Both the position numbers and the translations under genes were made by a program. This document shows, one piece after another, positions 26,948-35,388 of a stretch of DNA of 64,000 bases. Positions within the stretch are counted from its first letter, which is position 1. Every line of letters starts with the position of its first letter. Source of the stretch: Actinomycetes bacterium. GTDB taxonomy: Bacteria > Actinomycetota > Acidimicrobiia > Acidimicrobiales > Microtrichaceae. The notes below the pieces were generated by a model, which saw nothing but the letters and a program-made list of their open reading frames with translations, was not told where the DNA came from and did not search any database. Location: NCBI GenBank assembly GCA_029782335.1, contig JAKOVA010000182.1:27221-91220 (forward strand), given 5' to 3'.

Positions 26948-28594
26948 TCAACCGAGTCGACCTCCGCGAAGCCACTTGTTCGCGGCGTCGAGCCGACGTT
27001 GCAGCTGCTCGTTGGTGGCCTCACTCACCTTCGCGATACCGGCGAGGCGGTTGAGCTCGGCATTCACCTGCCGATGATCCATCGGGGTGAACCGCACGAG
27101 TTCGGCGACGGCGTCGGCGTTGTGCTTCCGAAGGGCGGCGCGGCGTTGGCGAGGGGTCAACGGCGTCTCGTCCCCGTGGGAGCGGTCGTTCGACGACGAC
27201 GCGGCAGGAAGGTCGATTCGCACGTCCAACGCGGCGTCGTCGTCTGCGTCGGGCTCCCACTCGTCATCATCGAGATCGAAGATCGAGGTCACCTCGTGGT
27301 CGTGTGCGACAGCGGAGATCACCGAGAACAGTGAGAGCTGTTCACCGTCGTCGTCGGCTCGCTCGGCAGCGTCCCGATCGTCGAGCGCGGCATCGTCGGG
27401 GAGCGGGTCCTCCCCGCCGCCGCCACGGGCGCGTGAATGACGGCGCTGCTCTGCGATGCCCGCCGCCCATCGTCGGAGCCGCGGATCGTCGGGAATGAAG
27501 AGGAACGCCCGCTGGGAGCGGACCCCTCTCGTCCAGCGCACCAGGCGGCCCACTGCTTGGCGGAAGAACAGCTCCGTGGTCGTGTTCGTCGCGAAAACTC
27601 CGACTCGCAGACGCGGGATGTCCACGCCCTCCGACACCATCCGGACGGCAACGATCCAGCGGTCGGTGCCGGCAGCGAAGCGAGCGATCTTCGTGGAAGC
27701 GAGCGGATCGTCGGAGACGGCAACCGTCGCGTTCACCCCACAGGAGCGCCGCAGGATCGCCGCGATTCCGTTGGCGTGTGCCTGGTCGATCGCGATGACG
27801 AGGCCCGCCGCGTCGGGATGGTGCCGGCGAATCTCGTTGAGCCGGGAGTTCGCGTCGATCAGGACGCTTCGCAGCCAGTCGCCTTCGAGAGACAAGGCGG
27901 TCCGGAGTCGCTGGTTCGCGCGCTGGCGATCGAGTTCGTCGTCGAAGGCGGCGGAGACCGTCTCGCCGACGTGATCGACCCACTCCATGTGGCCGCCGAC
28001 CCGGGGGAAATAGACGGGGCGGACAACGCCCCGGTCGACGAGCGCCTCGCCGTAGCCGTACTCGAAATCGGGTCGGGCTTCGTCGAGGTGATACTCGACG
28101 AACGGAATGGAGGAGGTGTCGGAACGGAACGGCGTCCCCGACAACGCCAGACGTCGCGTCGCGGGCTCGAACGCTTCGAGCACGGCAGAACCCCACACTC
28201 GGTCGTCGCCGGCGTGGTGCAGTTCGTCGAGCACGACGAAGGAACCCGCCGCGAGCGTGCGCAACACGGCCGCGGAGGTGGCGACTTGTTGGTAGGTCGT
28301 CACGATGCCGTGTACGTCGCCGGGGAGCGACCCGTCGCGTGCCGACCACTCCGGTTCGAGGTGCAGTCCGAGGCGATCACCAGCGGCCGCCCACTGGTGC
28401 TTGAGGTGCTGGGTGGGTGCAACAACCACGACCCGGCGAACCTGTCGATCGGCGAGCGCCTGCGCGGCAGCCGTGAGCGCGAACGTGGTTTTGCCTGCGC
28501 CGGGCGTTGCGACCGCGAGAAAGTCCGGCCGATCAGTCGCCGCGAGCTGATCGAGGGCGCGGCGCTGCCAGGGTCGCAGTCGAATGGTCGCCAT
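26948..28594 (-). CDS. superfamily 2 DEAD/DEAH-box helicase (ResIII-type N-terminal domain)
   Basis: ORF trimmed to ATG at 28594 (MATIRLRPWQRRALDQL). Walker A TPGAGKTT, DELH box VVLDELHHAG, SGTPFR, and helicase-C part VRMVSEGVDIPRL...FRQAVGRLVR. Acidic linker and helical C-terminal tail. Confidence 0.85.
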   Translation of the reverse strand: MATIRLRPWQRRALDQLAATDRPDFLAVATPGAGKTTFALTAAAQALADRQVRRVVVVAPTQHLKHQWAAAGDRLGLHLEPEWSARDGSLPGDVHGIVTTYQQVATSAAVLRTLAAGSFVVLDELHHAGDDRVWGSAVLEAFEPATRRLALSGTPFRSDTSSIPFVEYHLDEARPDFEYGYGEALVDRGVVRPVYFPRVGGHMEWVDHVGETVSAAFDDELDRQRANQRLRTALSLEGDWLRSVLIDANSRLNEIRRHHPDAAGLVIAIDQAHANGIAAILRRSCGVNATVAVSDDPLASTKIARFAAGTDRWIVAVRMVSEGVDIPRLRVGVFATNTTTELFFRQAVGRLVRWTRGVRSQRAFLFIPDDPRLRRWAAGIAEQRRHSRARGGGGEDPLPDDAALDDRDAAERADDDGEQLSLFSVISAVAHDHEVTSIFDLDDDEWEPDADDDAALDVRIDLPAASSSNDRSHGDETPLTPRQRRAALRKHNADAVAELVRFTPMDHRQVNAELNRLAGIAKVSEATNEQLQRRLDAANKWLRGGRLG

Positions 28595-28673
28595 GGGGAC
28601 CGTCGATTCTGCCCGCTCGACGCAGGGCCCGGGAACCCGCGCGACCACGCCGCCGTGGCGGCGCTGCCGGACC

Positions 28674-29456
28674 TCAGGGGTGCTGGGAGGAAACGGCGAC
28701 GACCTCGCCGGTCATGTAGGTCGAGTACTCCGACGCCAGGAAGACCATGACGGTCGCGATCTCCCACGGTTCCGCAGCGCGCCCGAAGGCCTCCCTCGCC
28801 TCGAGCTCCTCCAGCAGTCCGTCGGGGGTCACCTTTGCGAGGAACGGGTGCATCGCGAGGCTCGGCGACACCGCGTTGACCCGCACGTTGTGCTTCGCCG
28901 CCTCCATCGCAGTGCAGCGCGTCAACGCCATCACGCCCGCCTTGGCCGCGGCGTAGTGGGCTTGGAGTTCCTGGGCTCGCCAGCCCAGCACCGAGGCGTT
29001 GTTGACCACCGCTCCCGTGCCCCGCTCGTACATGTGGGGGAGTACGGCCCGCAGGCAACGGAACGTCCCGGTGAGCGTGATGTCGAGCACCTTCGACCAC
29101 TGCTCGTCGGTCATGTCGACGACGGCCGCGTTGCCGCCGAGGCCCGCGTTGTTCATCCAGACGTCGATGTGGCCGAGTTGCTCGATGGCGCTTCGCACCA
29201 GGCCCTGCACCTGATCCTCGTTCGTCACGTCGCACAGGACGGTGCCGGGCCGCGTGCCGGTGGCGTCCGCGATCGCGTCGGCGGCCTCGGAGAGTCGACG
29301 CTCGTGCAGGTCGCTGATGACCACGCTGGCCCCCTCTTGGACGCAACGCTTCGCGAGCGAAAAGCCGATACCGGTTCCGGCAGCGGCGGTGACCACGGCG
29401 GTCTTGCCCGCCAACAGGTCGCGCGGTGCGGGTTCAGCGGGGACAGGTGCGGCCAT
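28674..29456 (-). CDS. SDR family oxidoreductase
   Basis: VVTAAAGTGIGFS Rossmann motif. YAAAKAGV catalytic motif. Confidence 0.85.
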   Translation of the reverse strand: MAAPVPAEPAPRDLLAGKTAVVTAAAGTGIGFSLAKRCVQEGASVVISDLHERRLSEAADAIADATGTRPGTVLCDVTNEDQVQGLVRSAIEQLGHIDVWMNNAGLGGNAAVVDMTDEQWSKVLDITLTGTFRCLRAVLPHMYERGTGAVVNNASVLGWRAQELQAHYAAAKAGVMALTRCTAMEAAKHNVRVNAVSPSLAMHPFLAKVTPDGLLEELEAREAFGRAAEPWEIATVMVFLASEYSTYMTGEVVAVSSQHP

Positions 29457-29495
29457 GATCGAACTCCTCGTGTCGGTCGCGTGGTCGGAGAGGGC

Positions 29496-30683
29496 TCAAC
29501 GGGGCTCTTTGGGCAGGCCGAGCGCCCGCTCGCCGATCACGTTGCGTTGGATCTGGTCGGAGCCGCCGTAGATGGTGTCGGAGCGGGTGAAGAAGAACAG
29601 CCGGTGTTCCTCGCCGAGCGCCTCGTGGGTCCCGTAGTCGCCGGCGGTGACGAGGGCGTCGGCGCCCAGGACATCCATCGCCAGCTCACCCATGTCCTGG
29701 TGGAGGTTCGCCCAGTAGAGCTTGCCGATCATCGCCTCCGGCACGAGCTCCGCGTGTTCGTCGACCGACAGCGTGCGCAGCGCGTTGAGTCGCATGATGC
29801 GGAGCCGAATGCACAGAGCGGCGATCCGTTGACGCATCACCGGGTCGGCGGACACCCCCCGAACCCGAGCATGGGCGATGATCCCGTTGAGTTCGCGCTC
29901 GAAGGCCATCTGCTGGCCGAGGGTCAGCACGCCACGCTCGAACGCGAGGGTGCCCATGGCGACCTTCCAGCCGTCGCCCGGCGCTCCGACGATATGGTCC
30001 GCCGGGGTCCGCGCCTCGTCGAAGAAGACCTCGTTGAACTCCGCGGTTCCCGTGATCTGGTGAATCGGGCGCACCTCGATGCCGGGACTGTCCATTCGGA
30101 TCAGGAGGTAGGAGAGCCCGCGGTGACGCTCGGAACCCGGTTCGGTGCGGCACACGACGAAGCACCAGTCGGACCACTGCGCGAGCGAGGTCCAGACCTT
30201 CTGACCCGAGATCACCCACTCGTCGCCGTCGAGGCGAGCGGTGGTCCGCACGTTGGCAAGGTCGGATCCGGCGTTCGGCTCCGAGTAACCCTGACACCAG
30301 TACTCGGTCCCCGAGACGATGCCGGGGAGGAAGCGGGCCTTCTGTTCCTCGGTCGCGAAGTGAATGAGCGTTGGCCCGAGAAGCCCCTCGCCGACGAGGC
30401 CCGCTCGACCTGGCCCTCCGGCCCGCGCGTACTCCTCGTGAAAGATCACCTCTTGGCTGAGCGACAGGCCTCGCCCGCCGTAGCGGGTGGGCCAGCCAAC
30501 ACAGGTCCAGCCCGATGCGGCGAGGTGACGCTCCCACTCCATCCGCTCCGGGACGAACGAGTGCTCGTCGCCGGGGCCGCCACGGCTCCGGAGCTGGGCG
30601 AACTCTCCGGTGAGGTTCGACGACATCCAGTCACGGATCTCGGTCCGGAATGCCCGGTCCTCAGCGCTGTCACCCGAATCCAC
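29496..30683 (-). CDS. acyl-CoA dehydrogenase
   Basis: ORF 29496..30950 trimmed to GTG at 30683 (alternative GTG at 30692), with GGAGAG upstream. Motifs WCQGYSEPNAGSDLA and GGSDQIQRNVIGERALGLPK. Paralogous to the ACAD at 6792. Confidence 0.85.
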   Translation of the reverse strand: MDSGDSAEDRAFRTEIRDWMSSNLTGEFAQLRSRGGPGDEHSFVPERMEWERHLAASGWTCVGWPTRYGGRGLSLSQEVIFHEEYARAGGPGRAGLVGEGLLGPTLIHFATEEQKARFLPGIVSGTEYWCQGYSEPNAGSDLANVRTTARLDGDEWVISGQKVWTSLAQWSDWCFVVCRTEPGSERHRGLSYLLIRMDSPGIEVRPIHQITGTAEFNEVFFDEARTPADHIVGAPGDGWKVAMGTLAFERGVLTLGQQMAFERELNGIIAHARVRGVSADPVMRQRIAALCIRLRIMRLNALRTLSVDEHAELVPEAMIGKLYWANLHQDMGELAMDVLGADALVTAGDYGTHEALGEEHRLFFFTRSDTIYGGSDQIQRNVIGERALGLPKEPR

Positions 30684-30721
30684 CGCGTTCACCTCTCTCC
30701 GGCAGCCGGCGCCCGACGATA

Positions 30722-30738
30722 TCTGACGACCCGTCAGA
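30722..30738. promoter_or_regulatory. candidate operator, perfect palindrome TCTGACG-ACC-CGTCAGA
   Basis: 7+7 bp perfect inverted repeat between the divergent ACAD (-) and esterase (+) genes. This is the third copy of the same half-sites. Confidence 0.45.
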
Positions 30739-30772
30739 CGCCGGAATCGACCCCGCTCTACAGTGCTGCGCC

Positions 30773-31789
30773 GTGACCTCGCCGTTCGGCCTGGGATCCC
30801 AGGACAACCTCCCGCCGCCACCGCCGCCACCGCCGCCACCGCGTCGCCGTGGTCCGCTCTCCGGGGCGCTGATCGCCGCGGCGGTCGTTGGCGTCCTCCT
30901 GCTCGTTGTCGTGGCGGTCGGCGTCGTGCGAAACGCCCGCACCGAAACACCCCGTCGGCCAGTGGCGACGAGTACGACGACCGAGCCGCCGCGACGGAGC
31001 GCGGCAGGCGCTGACGTGACGTCGTGCCCCGCCTACGAGCAGAGCTTTCCGTTGTCGCCGCTGGGTTGTACGCAACTCAGCCCGCCCAACATCCGTGACG
31101 GCGAACGCCTACCGCTGGTCGTGCTGTTGCACGGATTCAACACCTCGCCGTCGGAGGAGATCGGCGCCGGGTCCTGGGACGCAGCGGTGGTGCGACGCCG
31201 CTTCGTACTGGCAGCACCGGAGAGCAACGCCGCCTCGTGGAACGCCGGTGGATGCTGTGGGCTCTCGAAGTCGATGCAGATCGACGATGTCGCTCGGATC
31301 CGGCACCTGATCGAGGAACTGTCGCGGCGGCCACAGATCGACCCCTCACGGATCTATCTGGTGGGCGACTCCAACGGCGGCATGATGACCTACCGGTTCC
31401 TCTGCCGCGACGCTCACCGTCTCGCCGGTGCCGCGTCGATCGAAGGGACACGGGTCAGCGGTTGCACCCCGAATGCGGCGATCCCGTTTCTCCATGTCGC
31501 CGGGTTGGCGGACATGACGGTTCCCTTCGAGGGGGGTCAATCCCTCGCAGCGTGGGTGTTGGGGGTGACCTTCGCTCCGGTGGAACGGTCGATGGAACAG
31601 TTCACCGTTGCGCTCGACTGTGCGGAGCCGTCGGAATCGAAGGCGGGCAACGTGACGACGACGCGGTGGGTCTGCCGTGACGGAGCGCCGGTCCAACTCG
31701 TCACCCTCGCCGGGTGGGGCCATGCCTGGCCGACACCGAAGTGGTATCCCGCCACCGAGCAGGTGCTCGACTTCTTCGGAATCACATGA
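30773..31789 (+). CDS. membrane-anchored PHB-depolymerase/LpqC-type esterase family protein
   Basis: GTG at 30773 is the assumed start. Poly-Pro tract, then a TM helix. Family-type motifs LPLVVLLHG, WNAGGCCG and GDSNGGMMTY (nucleophile elbow). Confidence 0.8.
   Translation: MTSPFGLGSQDNLPPPPPPPPPPRRRGPLSGALIAAAVVGVLLLVVVAVGVVRNARTETPRRPVATSTTTEPPRRSAAGADVTSCPAYEQSFPLSPLGCTQLSPPNIRDGERLPLVVLLHGFNTSPSEEIGAGSWDAAVVRRRFVLAAPESNAASWNAGGCCGLSKSMQIDDVARIRHLIEELSRRPQIDPSRIYLVGDSNGGMMTYRFLCRDAHRLAGAASIEGTRVSGCTPNAAIPFLHVAGLADMTVPFEGGQSLAAWVLGVTFAPVERSMEQFTVALDCAEPSESKAGNVTTTRWVCRDGAPVQLVTLAGWGHAWPTPKWYPATEQVLDFFGIT
30812..30838 (+). repeat. 9-bp simple repeat (CCGCCGCCA)x3 encoding a run of about ten prolines
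   Basis: Read directly. Lies inside the esterase CDS, N-terminal to the TM segment. Confidence 0.9.
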
Positions 31790-32820
31790 AGCGCCGGTCG
31801 TCGTGGTCGGGGTCGGAGACGCCTGAACCGTCCGCCGTGCTCCGCTCATTCGAGCGGCCGCGTCGGCGGTGGCTGCGATGGCTGGTCGGAATCGTGGTGA
31901 CGGTGGTTGTCCTGATCGCGGTGATCGGCGGCGGGGTCGTCTGGTACAGCCGCACCCACCAGGGCATCGAGTTGCCCGCAGATGGCGGACCGCTGCCGAC
32001 GTCCGCTCCGGTGACACGTCCAAATCGACCGGGTGTGACGGTGTCGATCATGACGGTGCAGCAGGGTGCGAATCAGCGGCGTGCGTCGATTCTTGCTCCG
32101 ACTGACCTTCGCCCGGGTGAGCGCCTTCCCGTGGTGGTGCTCTTGCACGGCCACTCGGCGAACTCCGGGGTGATCGTGTCGCGGGGGGCGTGGGCTCCGG
32201 CGATCGCGGCCTACCGCTTTGTGGTCGTTGCCCCGGACGGGGTGGCGCAGAGCTGGAACGCGGGCGGGTGCTGTCGACTCGCGACCACGCTGGGCATCGA
32301 CGACGACGCCTTCTTGGACGTCGTGGTTCGTGACGTGAAACGTCGCGACTTTGTGGATCCGAGACGGGTCTTCATGGTCGGCGAGTCCAACGGCGGGATG
32401 ATGGCGTATCGCTTCGCCTGCCGGCACGGAGACGAAATCGCAGCGATGGTGTCGGTCGAGGGAACGCGGCTCGACAACTGTCCGCCGAAGCGGCCGATCT
32501 CGATCCTGCACATCCATGGCACCGACGATCGGGTGGTGCCGTACGCCGGCGGGGAGAGCGCCGCCGGCGAACTGCTCAGCTCAACCACGTTCCCCGCTGT
32601 GGAGGCGTCGATGGGACGGATCGCAGGGCAGCTCGGGTGCGCGGCGGATCCGGCGCTCGACACAGCGATCTCCACCGTGACCGTGCGACGGTGGAGCGGA
32701 TGTGGCCAGGGAGCCCATGTCGAGCTCGACACGATCGCGGGCCTCGGCCACGTGTGGCCGCGGACCGGCTCGTACGACGCCACCGAGCGCATCGTTGCCT
32801 TCTTCGGCCTCAACGGCTGA
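31786..32820 (+). CDS. membrane-anchored PHB-depolymerase/LpqC-type esterase family protein (paralogue)
   Basis: ATG at 31786 overlaps the upstream stop (ATGA). TM helix. Motifs LPVVVLLHG, WNAGGCCR, GESNGGMMAY. Confidence 0.8.
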   Translation: MKRRSSWSGSETPEPSAVLRSFERPRRRWLRWLVGIVVTVVVLIAVIGGGVVWYSRTHQGIELPADGGPLPTSAPVTRPNRPGVTVSIMTVQQGANQRRASILAPTDLRPGERLPVVVLLHGHSANSGVIVSRGAWAPAIAAYRFVVVAPDGVAQSWNAGGCCRLATTLGIDDDAFLDVVVRDVKRRDFVDPRRVFMVGESNGGMMAYRFACRHGDEIAAMVSVEGTRLDNCPPKRPISILHIHGTDDRVVPYAGGESAAGELLSSTTFPAVEASMGRIAGQLGCAADPALDTAISTVTVRRWSGCGQGAHVELDTIAGLGHVWPRTGSYDATERIVAFFGLNG

Positions 32821-33301
32821 GTGGCCGGACCTTTGATGGGTGGCGAAGCTGATGGACGGCCGCGGATGGGCGGCGCCCCGGCGGGTGGCGGCTCCGGCCG
32901 CTGCGGGTCACCCCGGCTTGTTCCACCAGTACGTCGCGTAGCTCGCGCAGCGATGACGAGCCGGACGCCACCGAGCCTTGCTCGAAGAGGACGGTGAGGT
33001 AGGTCCACAAGCTCTCGCCCACGTCGCCGGGGACCAGGACGCCGTTGGCGGCGCACCACTCCGTGACCGAACCCCAGAGAAACGCCACCAACTGGCGGGT
33101 TGTCCAACGAGTGAACGGGGTTGCCGAGGTGGACGTCTCGAACTGCTTGACCGCCAGGATGACCGTGATGGAGTCCAGCCCGAGGGGACGCCCGGTGGCC
33201 AGCGCCGCCTGAGCGACCGAACGGCGGTGCTGTCGGAGTTCGGGGCTGAGCGGTACGACACGACGTGCGGGGAGTGCGGCGGGGGCGGTGTCGGAAGGCA
33301 T
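32810..33301 (-). CDS. hypothetical protein (163 aa)
   Basis: ORF 32810..33634 trimmed to ATG at 33301. No recognisable family. Coding status rests only on frame openness and GC3 bias. Confidence 0.4.
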   Translation of the reverse strand: MPSDTAPAALPARRVVPLSPELRQHRRSVAQAALATGRPLGLDSITVILAVKQFETSTSATPFTRWTTRQLVAFLWGSVTEWCAANGVLVPGDVGESLWTYLTVLFEQGSVASGSSSLRELRDVLVEQAGVTRSGRSRHPPGRRPSAAVHQLRHPSKVRPLSR

Positions 33302-35300
33302 GGCAGGATCATCGCGGAAGCCTGTGACACTGAAGCGGGGAGGCACCGGCCACGGTCGCCGAGGGTCCGCGACCGCCCTGGTACCGTTCATGTCGTGCTG
33401 GGGAGCACGGTTTGCAACCGGTGTGCGGGACGCCAGCTTGAGCGTCGGTGAGGACCGCCCTGACGCGCTTCCTGCCGTGGTCCCCGCGGATCGGAGCGTG
33501 TTGTTCGACCCGACGCGGTTGCGCCGGTATCCGCTACGCGCCCGGTTACTCGCGGTCGTCGTTGCCGCTGCGATCCTGCTGATCGGCTGTGCCGGGGTCG
33601 CGGTCGGGGCACTGGGCGTTGCGGTCGTCCGCACACAGCAGGTGGAACGACTCGCCGTCGCCGCCCGTCACAACGTCGAGGCGACGGTGGCGCTGTCGGC
33701 GCTCCACGCTGCGGCCGTCGGAGCGGCCGTCCCGAGCGACGTCGAGCTTCGGCGAATCGAGGCACAGGCCAGGACGGCGACGCAACGCGTCGACGACGCG
33801 CTCGAACCCGAGTCCATCGCGAGTGAACGCGATGCGGCCGCGGCGGACGCCAGCGCGATTCAAGCCGCCCAGGCGTTGATCGCAACCCGCTCCGGCGGCA
33901 CGACCGGCACCGCCGTCACCAACGTTTCCACCCAGGAGCGTGAGGCGTTCGCCGCTGCAACCGCAGCGCGACGTCGTGTCGGTTCAGAGATCGAGGCGCA
34001 CCGACGCGCGGCGGTCGGCGCGGTCCGAGCGGCCCGGACCCGCGGGATCGTGGCGGTGGTCGCGATCGCCGTCGCCGGCTCCGCGGCGATCGCTGCGTTC
34101 GCTCTGGCGGTGAGCCGTTCGGCCACCCGACCATTGCGGGACCTTGGGCGCGCGATGCGTCGATTCGGTGACGGGGATCTGACGAGCCGCGGGGTGGAGG
34201 CCCCCGACGAGATCGGCACGCTGGCCCGGTCGTTCAACGCGACGGCAACTGATGTCGCCGCCAAGGTCCGCTCGCTACGCGACGACGCCGAACGCGGGGC
34301 GCGCCTGCGGATCATCGCCGAAGCGCTCGACCTTGCACAGGACGAGCCGGATGTCCATCGCATCGTCGAGCATGCGATGGGAATCGTTGCGCCCGGTCGC
34401 CCCGTCGAGTTGCTGATCAACACCGCAGAGTCGTCCGCGCTCCACCAGGTGGCGGTCAACCCCAACGGTGGGCCTCCGAACTGCCCCGTCGACGAGACGA
34501 TGGCATGCGTCGCGATCCGTCGCGCGCGGACGCTCGTGTGGGAGGGCCCGGATCAGATCAACGCCTGTCCGATGCTGCGGGACCGACCGAGCGGACCTCG
34601 CAGCGCGGTGTGCATCCCGATCAACGCGGGTGGGTCGATGGTCGGTGTTCTGCACGTCACCGGTCCGGTCGGAGAGCCACCTCCGGGGGCGGTGTCGGAT
34701 CAGCTCGCCGTTCTCGGCGGGCAGGCCGGTGCGCGGATCGGGTCGATGCGGACGCTCGACGCCAGCCGTGTCGAGGCCTCGACGGACGGGCTGACGGGTG
34801 TCGCGAACCGGCGGATGCTCTCCGCGACCCTGGCCGATCTCCTTCGGACCTCAACGCCCTTCGTGCTCGTCGTCGCCGATCTGGACCACTTCAAGCAGCT
34901 CAACGACCGATACGGCCACGAGGTCGGCGACCGCGCCCTGCAGTTGTTCGCCGAGGTGCTGCAGAACAACGTGCGCGGCCGTGACCTCGTCGCGCGTTAC
35001 GGCGGCGAGGAGTTCGTGCTCGTCTATCCGGAGATGGACGTGAAGCTGTCCATGGAGGTGCTCGAGCGGGTTCGCAGCGCACTCGCTGCGGCGGTGCGCG
35101 CCGCGAACCTGCCGCCGTTCACCGCGTCCTACGGCGTCACACACTCGTCGGTCGCGGCAGACGTCGACTCGATCATCCGAATCGCCGACGCCGGCCTGCT
35201 CACCGCGAAAGACGCGGGCCGCGACCGGGTCGTCTACGCGGACGCCGACCTGGCGATGCAGGTCTTCAACGGCCGCGGCGACCATGACGTGGAGGCCTGA
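33288..35300 (+). CDS. membrane sensor diguanylate cyclase (TM-HAMP-GAF-like-GGDEF)
   Basis: TM segments. HAMP region (RPLRDLGRAMRRFGDGDL...IGTLARSFN). GAF-like region. RGRD-x5-GGEEF active and I-sites. Start is uncertain; later in-frame starts such as 33390 are possible. Confidence 0.85.
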   Translation: MSEGMAGSSRKPVTLKRGGTGHGRRGSATALVPFMSCWGARFATGVRDASLSVGEDRPDALPAVVPADRSVLFDPTRLRRYPLRARLLAVVVAAAILLIGCAGVAVGALGVAVVRTQQVERLAVAARHNVEATVALSALHAAAVGAAVPSDVELRRIEAQARTATQRVDDALEPESIASERDAAAADASAIQAAQALIATRSGGTTGTAVTNVSTQEREAFAAATAARRRVGSEIEAHRRAAVGAVRAARTRGIVAVVAIAVAGSAAIAAFALAVSRSATRPLRDLGRAMRRFGDGDLTSRGVEAPDEIGTLARSFNATATDVAAKVRSLRDDAERGARLRIIAEALDLAQDEPDVHRIVEHAMGIVAPGRPVELLINTAESSALHQVAVNPNGGPPNCPVDETMACVAIRRARTLVWEGPDQINACPMLRDRPSGPRSAVCIPINAGGSMVGVLHVTGPVGEPPPGAVSDQLAVLGGQAGARIGSMRTLDASRVEASTDGLTGVANRRMLSATLADLLRTSTPFVLVVADLDHFKQLNDRYGHEVGDRALQLFAEVLQNNVRGRDLVARYGGEEFVLVYPEMDVKLSMEVLERVRSALAAAVRAANLPPFTASYGVTHSSVAADVDSIIRIADAGLLTAKDAGRDRVVYADADLAMQVFNGRGDHDVEA

Positions 35301-35388
35301 GCGGCGGAGGCGCCCTCCGCTGCGGACGGGTTGTCGAGCCGTCGAGGACCTACAGTCGCTCGACCCGGTTGCCGAGCGCTGGAGTGTC

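Noticed and set aside
26948-28594. SF2 helicase as the core of a defence system (type I/III restriction-modification, DISARM, Hachiman-like and similar)
   Set aside because: No methyltransferase, nuclease, specificity subunit or other defence partner is adjacent. The neighbours are catabolic enzymes and composition is uniform with the surroundings.
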